64,000 nucleotides of DNA from Streptomyces sp. ICBB 8177 (GCF_003144095.1 NZ_NSKH01000024.1:201198-265197); one strand, 5' to 3'. Shown: positions 1 through 10,710, numbered from the stretch's first letter. Numbers and translations: made by a program. Notes: generated by a model from the sequence alone, not told the origin.

Positions 1-951
1 GGGCGAGGGCGGCGGGCAGGCACAGGGCGACGGAGGCGTTGACGATGGCCCGGCGGATGGGGTGGCCGTTCTCCCGTACGTCGTCCGAGACGTTGGGCTC
101 GACGATCATGCAGCTCCCGTCGGCCGCCAGCGTCTCCCCGACGTGCCGCAGGGCCTCGCCCGGGTCGCCCATGTCGTGCAGGCAGTCGAAGAAGGTGACC
201 AGGTCGTAGTCCTCGCCGGGGAAGTCCTGCGCCGTCGCCACGTCGAACTCCACCCGGTCCGCCAGCCCCTCCCGTACCGCGATCCCCCGGGCCGACTCGA
301 CGGAGGGGCGGTGGAAGTCGAAGCCGTGGAAGGAGGACGCGGGGTACTCGCGCGCCATCAGCATCGTCGAGTACCCGTATCCGCAGCCCACGTCGGCCAC
401 CTTGGCGCCGTCGGCCAGCCTGCGCCCGCCGTCCTCCAGCGCGGGCAGCCACTCGGGCACCAGCGCCGCGGTGTAGCCGGGCCGGAAGAACTTGGCGGTG
501 CCCGCGAACAGAGCCGGGCCGTGTGCCTCCCAGCCCACGCCGTCGCCGGTGCGGAACGCCTCCAGCAGCGCGTCCTCGGTGCCGTACAGCGCCTGCAGCA
601 TGGTGAAGAACCCGGCCGCGTAGGTGGGCACGCTCGCGTCGGCGAGCACGGCGGCGTGCTCGTCCGGCAGCGTGTAGGTGTCGTCCTCGGCGTCGTACGT
701 GACGTACTCGCCGGCCACCTGCGCCGCCAGCCATTCGCGTACGTAACGCTCCATCAGGCCCGCGCGGTCGGCGAGTTGGGCCGAGGTCAGCGGGCCCGCT
801 CCGGCCATCGCGGTGTAGAGCCCGAGCCGGTCGCCGATCGACGTGCACAGCCCCGACATCGCGGCGGCCCCGTCGGTGACCACCTGCTCCAGGAACTCCA
901 TCACCTTGTCTTCGTCCACGTGCCGCTCGGGCGCCGGCGTCCGCGTCGCCA
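1..951 (-). CDS. Class I SAM-dependent methyltransferase; 3' end runs off the window (partial)
   Basis: Reverse-strand translation gives MATRTPAPERHVDEDKVMEFLEQ...VADVGCGYGYSTMLMAREYP...LVTFFDCLHDMGDP, with a GxGxG SAM-binding motif. ATG at 949-951 (reverse complement). High GC3. Not in the ORF track because no stop lies inside the window. Confidence 0.6.
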
Positions 952-1111
952 TGGCGGTCCACCTCCCGGTGGTCGGGTCGTGCCCCTCCGCTCCAACGGC
1001 TTCCACTCCAGCAGGGCGCGGGGCGCGGGGCCATACGGGGTTTCCCGTACAGCGTGGGGCGGGGCGGCGCGTCGAGACTGGGGGTACGGAACAGGACCCG
1101 GGAGGTCCATC

Positions 1112-1303
1112 ATGCGCAAGACGATCGACTGCCGTGACTATCCCAGCGAGGTCAACTGCTCGCTGGCCATCTCCGGTGAGGAGGACGAGGTGGTGCGCGC
1201 CGCCGCGGAGCACGCCGCCTCCGTCCACAGCGAGCAGGACACCCCCGCCCTGCGCGAGGGCATCCGCTCGATGCTCAAGGACGAGGCGCCCCAGCACGTG
1301 TGA
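1112..1303 (+). CDS. DUF1059 family small protein
   Basis: MRKTIDCRDYPSEVNCSLAISGEEDEVVRAAAEHAASVHSEQD... matches the DUF1059 small-protein pattern. ATG at 1112 inside a longer spurious ORF. Confidence 0.65.
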   Translation: MRKTIDCRDYPSEVNCSLAISGEEDEVVRAAAEHAASVHSEQDTPALREGIRSMLKDEAPQHV

Positions 1304-1308
1304 CCCGG

Positions 1309-1448
1309 CACCTGTGACCCGGCACGGGTGATCCGGGGCGCGTGCTCCGGGACGAATGATCCGGCACGGGTGATCCGGCACGGGTGATCCGGGGCGCGTG
1401 CTCCGGCACGGGTGACTCGGCGTGTGTGCTCCGGCACGGGTGATCCGG
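1309..1448. repeat. Tandem array of ten 14-nt units (consensus CACGGGTGATCCGG / GGCGCGTGCTCCGG), with a higher-order 56-nt period
   Basis: Direct reading of the sequence. The array starts at the stop codon of the DUF1059 gene and ends in a small GC hairpin (GGCCGCTTCGGCC). Confidence 0.8.
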
Positions 1449-1537
1449 CCGCTTCGGCCTGTCCGGCGGGTGCGGGCCGCCCGCTCGGCCACGTCTGACC
1501 CGACGCAGCCTGCCCCGCTCGCGGCGGATCGGGTTTG

Positions 1538-3391
1538 ATGGACGGTATGAGTGATGTCTTGGCCGGCATGCCGGAGTGGGAGAAGCGGTTCCGGGCGCCG
1601 CGGGTGGGGCTACCGGAGTGGGCGCAGGACGCCCCTGACCGTTCGTTGTTCGTCTCCAACGCCACGGGGACGTACGAGCTGTACGCCTGGGACCGCGCGA
1701 CCGGCGCGCGACGGCAGGTGACCGACCGGCCGAACGGCACGACCGACGGCACGCTGACGCCGGACGGCGAGTGGGTGTGGTGGTTCTCCGACACCGACGG
1801 CGACGAGTTCGGCGTGTGGATGCGCCAGTCGTTCCACGGGGGCGAGGACGTCCCGGCCGCGCCCGGGGTGGCCGCCGCCTACCCCGCGGGCGTCGCGCTG
1901 GGCCGCGACGGGCTCGCGGTGGTCGGCTGCTCGACGGACGACGAGGGCACCACGGTGTACGTGCTGCGGCCGGGCGCCGAGCCGGTGGAGATCTACCGCC
2001 ACGAGCAGTCCGCGGGCGTCGGCGACCTCAGCGAGGACGGCACGCTGCTGGTGATCGAGCACACCGAGCACGGCGACGCGATGCACAGCGCGCTGCGCGT
2101 GGTCGACCTCGACGGCCGCACGGTCGCCGAGCTGGACGACACCGAGGGCGGCACCCGCGAACTCGGCCTGGAGTGCCTGGGGTTCGCCCCGGTCGCCGGG
2201 GACACCCGGCTGCTCGTCGGCCACCAGCGGCGCGGGCGCTGGGAGCCCGCGCTGTGGGACGTGGCGAGCGGCGCGCTGACGGAACTGGCGATCGACCTGC
2301 CCGGCGACATCAGCGCCGACTGGTACCCGGACGGCTCGGCCCTGCTGGTCGAGCACACCTACCGGGGCCGCAGCGAGCTGTGGCGCCACGAGCTGGCGAC
2401 CGGCGCGCTCACCCGCATCCCCACCGACCCCGGCACCATCGGCGGCGCCACCGCCCGCCCGGACGGCACGGTGGAGTTCCTGTGGTCGTCGGCCGCGCTG
2501 CCGCCGCAGGTGCGCTCCGACCGGGGCGGCCTCGTGCTGGAGGCGCCGGGCTTCACCGCTCCGGCGTCGGTTCCGGTCGAGGACGTCTGGGTGGAAGGTC
2601 CGGGCGGCCCGGTGCACGCGCTGGTGCAGCGGCCCGAGGGCGAGGGCCCGTTCCCGACCGTCTTCGACATCCACGGCGGCCCCGCCTGGCACGACAGCGA
2701 CGCCTTCGCGGCGGCCCCGGCGGCCTGGATCGACCACGGCTACGCGGTGGTGCGCGTCAACTACCGCGGCTCCACCGGTTACGGGCGCGAGTGGACGGAC
2801 GCGCTGAAGATCCGCGTGGGCCTGATCGAGCTGGAGGACATCGCGGCGGTACGCGCCTGGGCGGTGGACAGCGGGCTCGCCGACCCGTCGCGGCTGGTGC
2901 TGTCCGGCGGTTCGTGGGGCGGCTACCTGACGCTGCTGGGTCTGGGCACCCAGCCGGAGGCGTGGTCGGTGGGGCTCGCGGCGGTGCCGGTGGCGGACTA
3001 CCTGGCCAGCTACGAGGACGAGATGGAGCCGTTGAAGGCGCTGGACCGCACGATGTTCGGCGGCTCCCCGCAGGAGGTGCCCGAGCGCTACACCGCGTCG
3101 TCGCCGATCACCTACGTGGAGGCCGTGCGGGCGCCGGTCTTCATCTCGGCCGGCACCAACGACCCGCGCTGCCCGATACGGCAGATCGACAACTACGTGG
3201 GGCGGCTGGCGGAGCTGGGCAGGACCCACGAGGTCTACCGCTACGACGCCGGGCACGGCTCGCTCGTCGTCGAGGAACGGATCAAGCAGCTGCGGCTGGA
3301 GCTGGCGTTCGCCGAGAAGCACCTGGGCGGCGCCCCGGGCTCCGGCGAACGGCCCCCGCTGAGCGGCGTGGGCTCGGCACCGCAGTCCTGA
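1538..3391 (+). CDS. S9 family peptidase (prolyl oligopeptidase / acylaminoacyl-peptidase-like)
   Basis: GGSWGGYL nucleophile-elbow motif (GxSxGG). N-terminal beta-propeller-like region. C-terminal alpha/beta hydrolase with RCPIRQ and YDAGHG. Confidence 0.85.
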   Translation: MDGMSDVLAGMPEWEKRFRAPRVGLPEWAQDAPDRSLFVSNATGTYELYAWDRATGARRQVTDRPNGTTDGTLTPDGEWVWWFSDTDGDEFGVWMRQSFHGGEDVPAAPGVAAAYPAGVALGRDGLAVVGCSTDDEGTTVYVLRPGAEPVEIYRHEQSAGVGDLSEDGTLLVIEHTEHGDAMHSALRVVDLDGRTVAELDDTEGGTRELGLECLGFAPVAGDTRLLVGHQRRGRWEPALWDVASGALTELAIDLPGDISADWYPDGSALLVEHTYRGRSELWRHELATGALTRIPTDPGTIGGATARPDGTVEFLWSSAALPPQVRSDRGGLVLEAPGFTAPASVPVEDVWVEGPGGPVHALVQRPEGEGPFPTVFDIHGGPAWHDSDAFAAAPAAWIDHGYAVVRVNYRGSTGYGREWTDALKIRVGLIELEDIAAVRAWAVDSGLADPSRLVLSGGSWGGYLTLLGLGTQPEAWSVGLAAVPVADYLASYEDEMEPLKALDRTMFGGSPQEVPERYTASSPITYVEAVRAPVFISAGTNDPRCPIRQIDNYVGRLAELGRTHEVYRYDAGHGSLVVEERIKQLRLELAFAEKHLGGAPGSGERPPLSGVGSAPQS

Positions 3392-3401
3392 CGCGGGTGG
3401 C

Positions 3402-4301
3402 TCAAGGGGTGGCGGGGTGCGAGGCGGCGGCGTCCGCCTCCGCCTCGTCGCCCGCCTCCGCCCCGTCGTCCGCGCCCGCCTCGTCGGTCGGATCGCCGTC
3501 CGGCTTCGGCTCCGTGTCGTCCTCGTCCGGGATCAGGCCCAGCGCCCGGTCCCGGACGACCTCCGCCTCACGGCGGGCCAGCCGGACCCAGATGAAGACC
3601 ACGAAGCCCGCGAAGACGAACCACTCGCCGGTGTAGCCGAGGTTCTGGAACGCCTGCATGTCGAGCCCGGTGTTGGGCGGCGCGGCGGGCGGCACCGCCT
3701 TCATCGGCGCCGCGGCGTCGACCAGCGTGATCCACCCGTTGTAGACCGGGTACGGCACCAGGTTGACCAGCGAGGCGGCGCTGATCATGCCGACCTGTCC
3801 GGCGGGCAGCCCGCCGTCGGAGTCCACCCCGTCGTCGCCCGGTGCCTCCGAGGCCTGGAGGGTGCCGGTGACGGTGACCTGCCCCGCGGGGGGCGCCGGA
3901 ACGTGTCCGGGGTGGTCGGCGTCGCCGGGCAGCCAGCCGCGCACCACGGGCAGCGTGCCGCCGTCGGTGCGCAGCAGCCCGAGCACGTAGAAGCCGCTCC
4001 GGTTGTCGACGTAGCGGTCCGGCACGAGGTACTGGTGGGCGAGGTCGTAGTGCCCGGTCACGGTGACGTTCCGCCCCGAGGTGGCCTGGTCGACCGGGGT
4101 CTTCACGGTCGGCAGGGCCCGGTTCAGCGGGATGGCGGGGGCGGTGCCGGGGCGCGGTGCGTGCTCGGCGGTGCGGTGCTGGGCGACGCGGGCGTCGAAC
4201 CGGCTCAGCTGCCAGGTCCCCATGAAGACGCAGAAGGGGATGGCGAGGAGCGAGACAAGGGTGATCCCGAGCCAGCGGGGGGTCAGCAGGAACCGGTACA
4301 C
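3402..4301 (-). CDS. SURF1 family protein (cytochrome oxidase assembly)
   Basis: N-terminal TM helix, LSRFDARV...VTGHYD...YLVP pattern typical of SURF1, and a C-terminal TM helix. Convergent with the peptidase gene. Confidence 0.8.
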   Translation of the reverse strand: MYRFLLTPRWLGITLVSLLAIPFCVFMGTWQLSRFDARVAQHRTAEHAPRPGTAPAIPLNRALPTVKTPVDQATSGRNVTVTGHYDLAHQYLVPDRYVDNRSGFYVLGLLRTDGGTLPVVRGWLPGDADHPGHVPAPPAGQVTVTGTLQASEAPGDDGVDSDGGLPAGQVGMISAASLVNLVPYPVYNGWITLVDAAAPMKAVPPAAPPNTGLDMQAFQNLGYTGEWFVFAGFVVFIWVRLARREAEVVRDRALGLIPDEDDTEPKPDGDPTDEAGADDGAEAGDEAEADAAASHPATP

Positions 4302-4356
4302 GTCTCAACGGTAAGGGGGCACGGCAGGCCGCCCGGACCCGCCCCCCGGCTCCCGG

Positions 4357-5553
4357 CTACGGGACGGGCAGCGCCTCGGTGCGGTAGACGGTCCCGGCGC
4401 AGGCCGAGGGCAGGGTGACGGCGGGGGCGGGGCCGCCCTGGGTGGTCACGTCGGTCAGCGCGACGCCCTCGCCGGACGGTGTGCTGGTGGGCGCCGCACC
4501 CCCGCCGGCGTCCCCCGTGCCGTCGCCGGGGGCCGCGCCGGTGCCGTCGCCCGAGCCGCCGGACGCGCCGCCCGATCCGTCCGCGCCGCCCGAGGCGGGG
4601 GGCGGGTCGGTGGCGCAGCCCGAGGTGCCGCCGCCGGGGGCGGGGACGAAGGCGAAGCGGACCTGGTAGGCCTGGCCGGGCGGCACCACCACGGAGTCCG
4701 GCTCGGTCGCCGGGTCTGGCAGCGCGGTCGCCGGATCGCCCTCGGTGTGCTGGACGACCTGGATCCTGGAGGCGTCGGCCGCGCCCTGGGCGGTGACCGA
4801 CAGGGTGCCGCCGTCGCTCACCGTGCAGCTGGTGTGCGAGACGTTGACGACGCGGAACGAGCCGTAGACGCGGCCCTGCTGGTCGGGGGCGGCGGCCTGC
4901 GCGGTGCCGTCGCCGAGCTGGGTGCGCGAGCAGGCGGGCGAGGTGACGAAGGTGGCCGTGGGCAGCGCCGCGCCGGACGGGCTGTCGGAGGCGCCGGGCG
5001 ACGGTGAGCCGCCGGCGGAGCCCGAGGGGGACGCGGCCGGCCCGGCGGTGACGGTCGCGGGAACGCCGGGCAGGCCGCCGTCGGCGTCCGGGGTGCCGCC
5101 ACCGTCCACACCGGGGCTGCTGCCGTCGCCCTGGGCACCGGAGGCGCGCGCGACGCCCGCGTTGTCCATGCCGCCGCCGGAGGTGACGTGCAGCAGCGCG
5201 GGCACGGCGGCGCCGACCAGCAGCACGCTCGCCGCGGCGCCCACCACGGCCTGCCGCCGTCTCGCCCGCCGCGCGGGCACGCCACGGCGCAGCCGCTCCA
5301 GCGCCTCGGGGCACGGGTCGACGTCGCGCACGGCGTCGCGCATCAGGCGGCGCAGCTCGTCCTCCCCGAAGGGCGCGCCGAGGGCGTCACCGCAGGGCGA
5401 CTCGTCGCGCGGGGCTCGGGCGCCGTGGCCGGAGCCGTCGGGGCCGCTGCCCTCGTAGCCGGAGTCGTCGTGGGCGCGGTCGCCGTGCGCGGCTCTGTCG
5501 CGCGGGGTGTCGTCTTCCGCCATGCCTTCCTGGCCGAAGGGGTCTGTGGTCAT
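4357..5553 (-). CDS. Putative anti-sigma factor / membrane protein with a low-complexity extracellular region
   Basis: Start overlaps the sigma-factor stop (ATGA coupling). Acidic N-terminus, one TM helix (AVVGAAASVLLVGAAVPALL), and a Ser/Gly/Pro-rich region followed by a beta-rich domain. Confidence 0.55.
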   Translation of the reverse strand: MTTDPFGQEGMAEDDTPRDRAAHGDRAHDDSGYEGSGPDGSGHGARAPRDESPCGDALGAPFGEDELRRLMRDAVRDVDPCPEALERLRRGVPARRARRRQAVVGAAASVLLVGAAVPALLHVTSGGGMDNAGVARASGAQGDGSSPGVDGGGTPDADGGLPGVPATVTAGPAASPSGSAGGSPSPGASDSPSGAALPTATFVTSPACSRTQLGDGTAQAAAPDQQGRVYGSFRVVNVSHTSCTVSDGGTLSVTAQGAADASRIQVVQHTEGDPATALPDPATEPDSVVVPPGQAYQVRFAFVPAPGGGTSGCATDPPPASGGADGSGGASGGSGDGTGAAPGDGTGDAGGGAAPTSTPSGEGVALTDVTTQGGPAPAVTLPSACAGTVYRTEALPVP

Positions 5554-6051
5554 GCCGGGGTCTCCATGGCGACACGGAGGGCCGCGATGCCGCGGGACCC
5601 GTACGCCTTGACGGAGCCTACGGATATGCCCAGCGTCTCGGCCACCTGAGCCTCGGTCATGTCGGCGAAGTACCGCAGCACCAGCACCTCGCGCTGGCGC
5701 CGTTGCAGGCCGCGCATCGAGCGGATGAGCTGGTCGCGTTCCAGCTGCTCGTAGGCGCCCTCCTCGGCGCTGGCCATGTCCGGCATCGGCTTGGACAGCA
5801 GCTTCAGGCCCAGGATGCGGCGGCGCAGCGCGGAGCGGGAGAGGTTGACGACCGTCTGGCGCAGGTAGGCGAGGGTCTTCTCGGGCTCGCGGACCCGGCC
5901 GCGGGCGGAGTGCACCCGGATGAACGCCTCCTGGACGACGTCCTCGCAGGAGGCGGTGTCGTCCAGCAGCAGCGCGGCGAGGCCGAGCAGCGAACGGTAG
6001 TGGGCGCGGTAGGTCTCGGTGAGGTGGTCGACCGTGGTGCCCGCGGTCATC
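5550..6051 (-). CDS. ECF (sigma-70 family) RNA polymerase sigma factor
   Basis: Region 2 (YRAHYRSLLGLAALLL...DVVQEAFIRVH) and region 4 (REVLVLRYFADMTEAQVAETLGISVGSVKAYGSRG). Start chosen at MTAGTT; the ORF extends further upstream. Confidence 0.75.
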
Positions 6052-6367
6052 GCGTCGTCAGCGCCCGCCGCGGTGGCACTCACCGGGGCGTCCGCCGGCG
6101 CGTGCGCGACCGGCCAGGGCGCGATCACCGGCAGACCGCCCGAGGGACGGGACGCACGCAACGGCGCGGGAGCGCTCCCCGCCCGTCCCAGCGGCGCCGT
6201 GAAGGGCGTTGCCATGCCGAGTGCCTCTGCCACGACTGTTGGACTCCCGCCCACCCGCAAGGGTTGTACGAGATCCGCATGCGAACCAACTCATCCCCAC
6301 TGCCCCGGTCTGCGCCGACAACCCGATACGCCCCCGTTACCGCCGATACGAGGCCGCCGGTACGAAA

Positions 6368-6413
6368 AAACACGCTCCCCGCCCAACTGCCGTGGCAGCA
6401 GGGCGGGGAGCGT
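6368..6413 (-). terminator. Rho-independent terminator downstream of asd
   Basis: 13-bp perfect stem ACGCTCCCCGCCC/GGGCGGGGAGCGT followed on the minus strand by a T-run (plus-strand AAAAAAC). Confidence 0.7.
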
Positions 6414-6505
6414 CATTGTCGAACGTCCGAGCGGTCCGCTTCAAGCGGTACAGACCACAGACTTCGTCACAAGTCCTTCACAAGACCGGTCGTCCGGCAG
6501 GGCTT

Positions 6506-7627
6506 TCAGGCGCCGGTCAGTTCGGCGGCGACCAGCTCGGCGATTTGAGCGGTGTTCAGCGCGGCCCCCTTGCGGAGGTTGTCGCCGCACAGGAACAGCT
6601 CCAGCGCGTACGGGTCGTCGAGCGACCGGCGGACCCGGCCGACCCAGGTCGGGTCGGTGCCCACCGCGTCGGCGGGGGTGGGGAACTCGCCCTCGGCCGG
6701 GTTGTCGCAGACCACGACGCCCGGCGCGCTGCCCAGGATCTCGTGCGCCCGGGCCACCGACACCTCGTTCTCGAACCGCGCGTGGACGGTGAGCGAGTGC
6801 GTGGTGATGACGGGGACGCGCACACAGGTCGCGTTGACCCGCAGGTCGGGCAGGCCGAGGATCTTGCGGGACTCGTTGCGGACCTTCAGCTCCTCGCTGG
6901 ACCAGCCCTCGTCCTTCAGCGAGCCCGCCCACGGCACCACGTTGAGCGCCAGCGGCGCCGGGAACGGGCCGAAGTCACCGACGGCGCGCCGCACGTCGCC
7001 GGGCTGGGTGCCCAGGGAGGTGCCGCCCACCTTGGCGATCTGCTCGCGCAGGGTGTCGATGCCGGGCTGGCCCGCGCCGGACGCCGCCTGGTAGGAGGAG
7101 ACGACCAGCTCGGACAGGCCGAACTCGGCGTGCAGCGCGCCCAGCGCCACGATCATCGACAGCGTGGTGCAGTTGGGGTTGGAGATGATGCCGCGCGGAC
7201 GCACCCGCGCCGCGTGCGCGTTGACCTCCGGGACCACCAGCGGCACGTCGTCGTCCATGCGGAACGCGCCGGAGTTGTCCACCGCCACCGCGCCCTTGGA
7301 GGCCGCGATCGGCGCCCACTGCGCGGAGACCTCGTCCGGCACGTCGAACATCGCGACGTCGACGCCCTCGAACGCCTCCTCGCTCAGCGCGACGACCTCG
7401 ACCTCCTCGCCGCGCACGACGAGCCTGCGCCCGGCGGAGCGCGGGGAGGCGATCAGCCGGATCTCGCCCCAGACGTCCTCGCGCGAGGAGAGGATGCCCA
7501 GCATCACGGTCCCGACCGCGCCGGTGGCACCGACGACGGCCAAAGTGGGCTTCGGCACGGAGTGCCGTCCGTCAGGGGTGGCGGCCGGGTGACGGGTGGG
7601 CTTCCTGCCCTTGGGGAACGCGGTCAT
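6506..7627 (-). CDS. asd: Aspartate-semialdehyde dehydrogenase
   Basis: [11 protein letters not shown]...[11 protein letters not shown]...IISNPNCTT...[10 protein letters not shown]. Start overlaps the ask stop (ATGA). Confidence 0.9.
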   Translation of the reverse strand: MTAFPKGRKPTRHPAATPDGRHSVPKPTLAVVGATGAVGTVMLGILSSREDVWGEIRLIASPRSAGRRLVVRGEEVEVVALSEEAFEGVDVAMFDVPDEVSAQWAPIAASKGAVAVDNSGAFRMDDDVPLVVPEVNAHAARVRPRGIISNPNCTTLSMIVALGALHAEFGLSELVVSSYQAASGAGQPGIDTLREQIAKVGGTSLGTQPGDVRRAVGDFGPFPAPLALNVVPWAGSLKDEGWSSEELKVRNESRKILGLPDLRVNATCVRVPVITTHSLTVHARFENEVSVARAHEILGSAPGVVVCDNPAEGEFPTPADAVGTDPTWVGRVRRSLDDPYALELFLCGDNLRKGAALNTAQIAELVAAELTGA

Positions 7628-8895
7628 CGGCCCGTCCCTCCGTAGACCACGGCCTCGTCGCTCTCGGTGTCGAGACCGAAGGCCGTGTGGACGGCGCGGA
7701 CCGCCTCGTTGACGTCGTCGGCGCGGGTGACCACCGAGATGCGGATCTCGGAGGTGGAGATCAGCTCGATGTTGACGCCCGCGTTGGACAGCGCCTCGAA
7801 GAACGTCGCGGTGACGCCGGGGTTGGTCTTCATGCCGGCGCCGACCAGCGAGATCTTGGCGATCTGGTCGTCGTAGCGCAGCGAGTCGAAGCCGACCTGG
7901 GGGCGGGTGCGCTCCAGGGCCTGGACCGCCTTGCGGCCGTCGGTCTTCGGCAGGGTGAAGGAGATGTCGGTCAGACCGGTCGAGGCGGCCGACACGTTCT
8001 GCACGACCATGTCGATGTTGATCTGCGCGTCGGCGATCGCGCGGAAGATCGTCGCGGCCTCGCCCGGCTTGTCCGGTACGCCGACGACCGTGACCTTCGC
8101 CTCGGACGTGTCGTGCGCGACCCCCGAAATGATCGCCTGCTCCATCGGGTGGCCCCCTAGCGGTTCGTTGCTGACCCAGGTCCCGCGCAGTCCGGAGAAG
8201 GACGAGCGCACGTGGATCGGGATGTTGTATCGGCGCGCGTATTCCACGCAGCGGTGCAGCAGCACCTTGGATCCGGACGAGGCCAGCTCCAGCATGTCCT
8301 CGAAGGAGATCCAGTCGATCTTGCGGGCCTTCTTCACCACCCGCGGGTCGGCGGTGAAGACGCCGTCGACGTCCGTGTAGATCTCGCACACCTCGGCGTC
8401 GAGCGCGGCGGCCAGCGCCACGGCCGTGGTGTCCGAGCCGCCCCGGCCGAGCGTGGTGATGTCCTTCTTGTCGTGGGACACCCCCTGGAAACCGGCGACG
8501 ATGGCGATGTTGCCCTCGTCCAGCGCGGTGCGGATGCGGCCCGGTGTGACGTCGATGATCCGGGCCTTGTTGTGGACCGAGTCGGTGATGACCCCGGCCT
8601 GGCTCCCGGTGAAGGACTGCGCCTCGTGACCGAGGTTTTTGATCGCCATCGCCAGCAGGGCCATGGAGATCCGCTCTCCGGCGGTCAGCAGCATGTCGAA
8701 CTCGCGTCCGGCAGGGATCGGAGATACCTGCTGGGCGAGATCGATCAACTCGTCCGTCGTGTCACCCATCGCCGACACCACGACGACCACCTGGTGGCCG
8801 CTCTTCTTGGCATCGACGATCCGCTTGGCGACGCGCTTGATGCCCTCGGCATCCGCAACGGATGAGCCGCCGTACTTCTGCACGACAAGGCCCAC
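7624..8895 (-). CDS. ask: Aspartate kinase
   Basis: [12 protein letters not shown]...[16 protein letters not shown]... plus two C-terminal ACT domains. GTG start with a GAGGAG RBS. An internal in-frame ATG with a GGGGG RBS at about 8145 matches the known Ask-beta subunit start. Confidence 0.9.
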   Translation of the reverse strand: MGLVVQKYGGSSVADAEGIKRVAKRIVDAKKSGHQVVVVVSAMGDTTDELIDLAQQVSPIPAGREFDMLLTAGERISMALLAMAIKNLGHEAQSFTGSQAGVITDSVHNKARIIDVTPGRIRTALDEGNIAIVAGFQGVSHDKKDITTLGRGGSDTTAVALAAALDAEVCEIYTDVDGVFTADPRVVKKARKIDWISFEDMLELASSGSKVLLHRCVEYARRYNIPIHVRSSFSGLRGTWVSNEPLGGHPMEQAIISGVAHDTSEAKVTVVGVPDKPGEAATIFRAIADAQINIDMVVQNVSAASTGLTDISFTLPKTDGRKAVQALERTRPQVGFDSLRYDDQIAKISLVGAGMKTNPGVTATFFEALSNAGVNIELISTSEIRISVVTRADDVNEAVRAVHTAFGLDTESDEAVVYGGTGR

Positions 8896-9120
8896 GTGCG
8901 CTCCTCGCAACTGTGTTTTCTGGGGCATTCCCCCAGACCCCCGCGAGGGGGAATGCGTTCGGCTCAGTCTAACGAGCGGGCGCGATCCGCCCCGGGCGTA
9001 TCACATCGTGAGACTTGCCGCTCACTACATGATCACACCGGCGCGGGCGCGCACCGCTCGGCCGCTTCAGCTGCGGAGCATGCCCGCTCCTCGCGACGGC
9101 ACACGGAGACGTAAGACAGG

Positions 9121-9230
9121 TCACACGGGTGGGCGACGCGCTGTCCCCGTCACACGCCCGGGCGGACGCGTCACGTGCGTGGGCGACGCTTCACGCGCGT
9201 GGGCGGCGCGTCACACACGTGGGCGGCGCA
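9121..9230. repeat. Five tandem about 20-27-nt repeats (TCACRYRCGTGGGCGRCGC) containing CACGTG-like cores
   Basis: Direct reading. Located in the ask upstream region, overlapping the 3' end of the DUF5063 gene. Confidence 0.7.
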
Positions 9231-10044
9231 GGCCCAGCGGTTCGGCGATCTCGGCGGCCATCACCCGGCCCGCCTCCTCCGCCAGCGTCTCGTCGCCGGC
9301 CGAAGCGTCGGTGTCGGTGTCCAGGCCGTCCAGCTCGTCCAGCGGCGAGTCCAGCCGTACGTGCGCCACGAGCGACTGGAGCGCCCGCAGCGAGGCGCTG
9401 GCGGTCGGGCCCCAGTTGGACAGGTAGGAGAACTGCCACCACCACAGCGCCTCGCTGACCCGGCCCTCCCGGTAGTGGGCGAGGCCGTGCGACAGGTCGG
9501 TCACCACGTCCGCGAGGTCGTCGGAGATCCGGCAGGCCACCGGCATGCTGCGCGGCACGTACGGGTCGAAGACCTCGGAGTAGACGTCGATCGGCTCCAG
9601 CAGGCGGGCGAGGTTCTCCCGCAGCTGGTCGGCGTCCGGCTCCGGACCCGCGTCGGGCTCGTAGCGCTCGTCCGGGACGATGTCCTCGTGCGCGCCGAGC
9701 CGGCCGCCCGCCAGCATCAGCTGGGAGACCTCCAGCAACAGGAACGGCACCGCGCTGTCGGGCTCGTCGCCCTTGGCGACCTCCCGAACGGCCACGATGA
9801 AGCTCTCGATCTGGTCGGCGATCTGCACCGCGAAGTCGTCCGGGGCGCCGGAGCCGGCCCGTCCGCGCGAGGCGGCGTGCGCGGCGGCCGGGCGGCCGGA
9901 ACCCGCGCTCGGCGCGGCGTGTGCCGTGACGCGCGCCGTGTCGTTCGTCTTGCCGTTCGACTTGTCGTTCGCCGACGTGGCAGTCGTGGCGGGCGTCGGC
10001 CGGGGCTCGCCCGGGGCGTTGCCGCGGGCCGCTGTGTCAGACAT
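9211..10044 (-). CDS. DUF5063 domain protein (conserved actinobacterial protein next to recR)
   Basis: Sequence character ([20 protein letters not shown]...[10 protein letters not shown]...[14 protein letters not shown]) and conserved position between ask and recR. Confidence 0.65.
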   Translation of the reverse strand: MSDTAARGNAPGEPRPTPATTATSANDKSNGKTNDTARVTAHAAPSAGSGRPAAAHAASRGRAGSGAPDDFAVQIADQIESFIVAVREVAKGDEPDSAVPFLLLEVSQLMLAGGRLGAHEDIVPDERYEPDAGPEPDADQLRENLARLLEPIDVYSEVFDPYVPRSMPVACRISDDLADVVTDLSHGLAHYREGRVSEALWWWQFSYLSNWGPTASASLRALQSLVAHVRLDSPLDELDGLDTDTDASAGDETLAEEAGRVMAAEIAEPLGLRRPRV

Positions 10045-10636
10045 CGAGCAGTCGTCTCCCTTCGAAGGCGCGTCCGAGCGTGACCTCGTCGGCGTACTCC
10101 AGGTCGCCCCCCACGGGCAGCCCGCTGGCCAGCCGCGTCACCTTCAGGCCCATGGGCTTCACCATGCGCGCGAGGTAGGTCGCGGTGGCCTCTCCCTCCA
10201 GATTGGGGTCCGTGGCCAGGATCAGCTCGGTGACCGTGCCGTCAGCGAGCCTGGCCAGCAGTTCCCGTATCCGCAGATCGTCCGGGCCGACGCCCTCGAT
10301 CGGGCTGATCGCCCCGCCCAGCACGTGGTAGCGGCCCCGGAACTCCCGGGTCCGCTCCACCGCCACGACGTCCTTCGGCTCCTCGACGACGCAGATCACC
10401 GAGGGGTCGCGGCGCGGGTCCTGGCAGACCCGGCACTGCTCGTCCTGCGCCACGTTGCCGCAGACACCGCAGAACCGCACCTTCTCCTTGACCTCGGCGA
10501 GCGCGTGCGCCAACCGCCGGACGTCGGCCGGGTCGGCCTGGAGGATGTGGAAGGCGATCCGCTGCGCGCTCTTGGGCCCGACGCCGGGCAGCCTGCCCAG
10601 TTCGTCGATGAGGTCCTGGACCACGCCTTCGTACAC
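10037..10636 (-). CDS. recR: Recombination protein RecR
   Basis: [31 protein letters not shown]4 zinc finger CGVCGN...CRVC, and a Toprim domain. Confidence 0.92.
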   Translation of the reverse strand: MYEGVVQDLIDELGRLPGVGPKSAQRIAFHILQADPADVRRLAHALAEVKEKVRFCGVCGNVAQDEQCRVCQDPRRDPSVICVVEEPKDVVAVERTREFRGRYHVLGGAISPIEGVGPDDLRIRELLARLADGTVTELILATDPNLEGEATATYLARMVKPMGLKVTRLASGLPVGGDLEYADEVTLGRAFEGRRLLDV

Positions 10637-10710
10637 GAAAACGCCTTCTCTCTGTGCCTTCTGCGGTTCTGCGGTTCAGCTCGACGGGCTTCGGTCGTTG
10701 TCGGCCCGGG

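Noticed and set aside
62-1303. 413-aa plus-strand ORF overlapping the methyltransferase gene
   Set aside because: Arg/Ala/Gly/Val-rich antisense frame of a recognisable minus-strand methyltransferase, the usual high-GC artefact. Only its last 64 codons (DUF1059, from ATG 1112) look genuine.
1309-1448. Tandem repeats here (and at 61069-61300) considered as CRISPR arrays
   Set aside because: Repeat units are directly adjacent with no unique spacers and are degenerate. No cas genes in the window.
1610-3636. Long ORFs 1610-3322 (-) and 1771-3636 (+) overlapping the S9 peptidase
   Set aside because: Antisense or alternate-frame ORFs with extreme Arg/Gly/Ala composition. The peptidase frame carries the conserved motifs.
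6209-7645. 478-aa plus-strand ORF across asd
   Set aside because: Antisense to asd with low-complexity Arg/Gly-rich translation.
8896-9120. Lysine riboswitch in the ask leader
   Set aside because: No L-box-like conserved helices recognisable by eye. Only a short GC hairpin and the tandem repeats were found.
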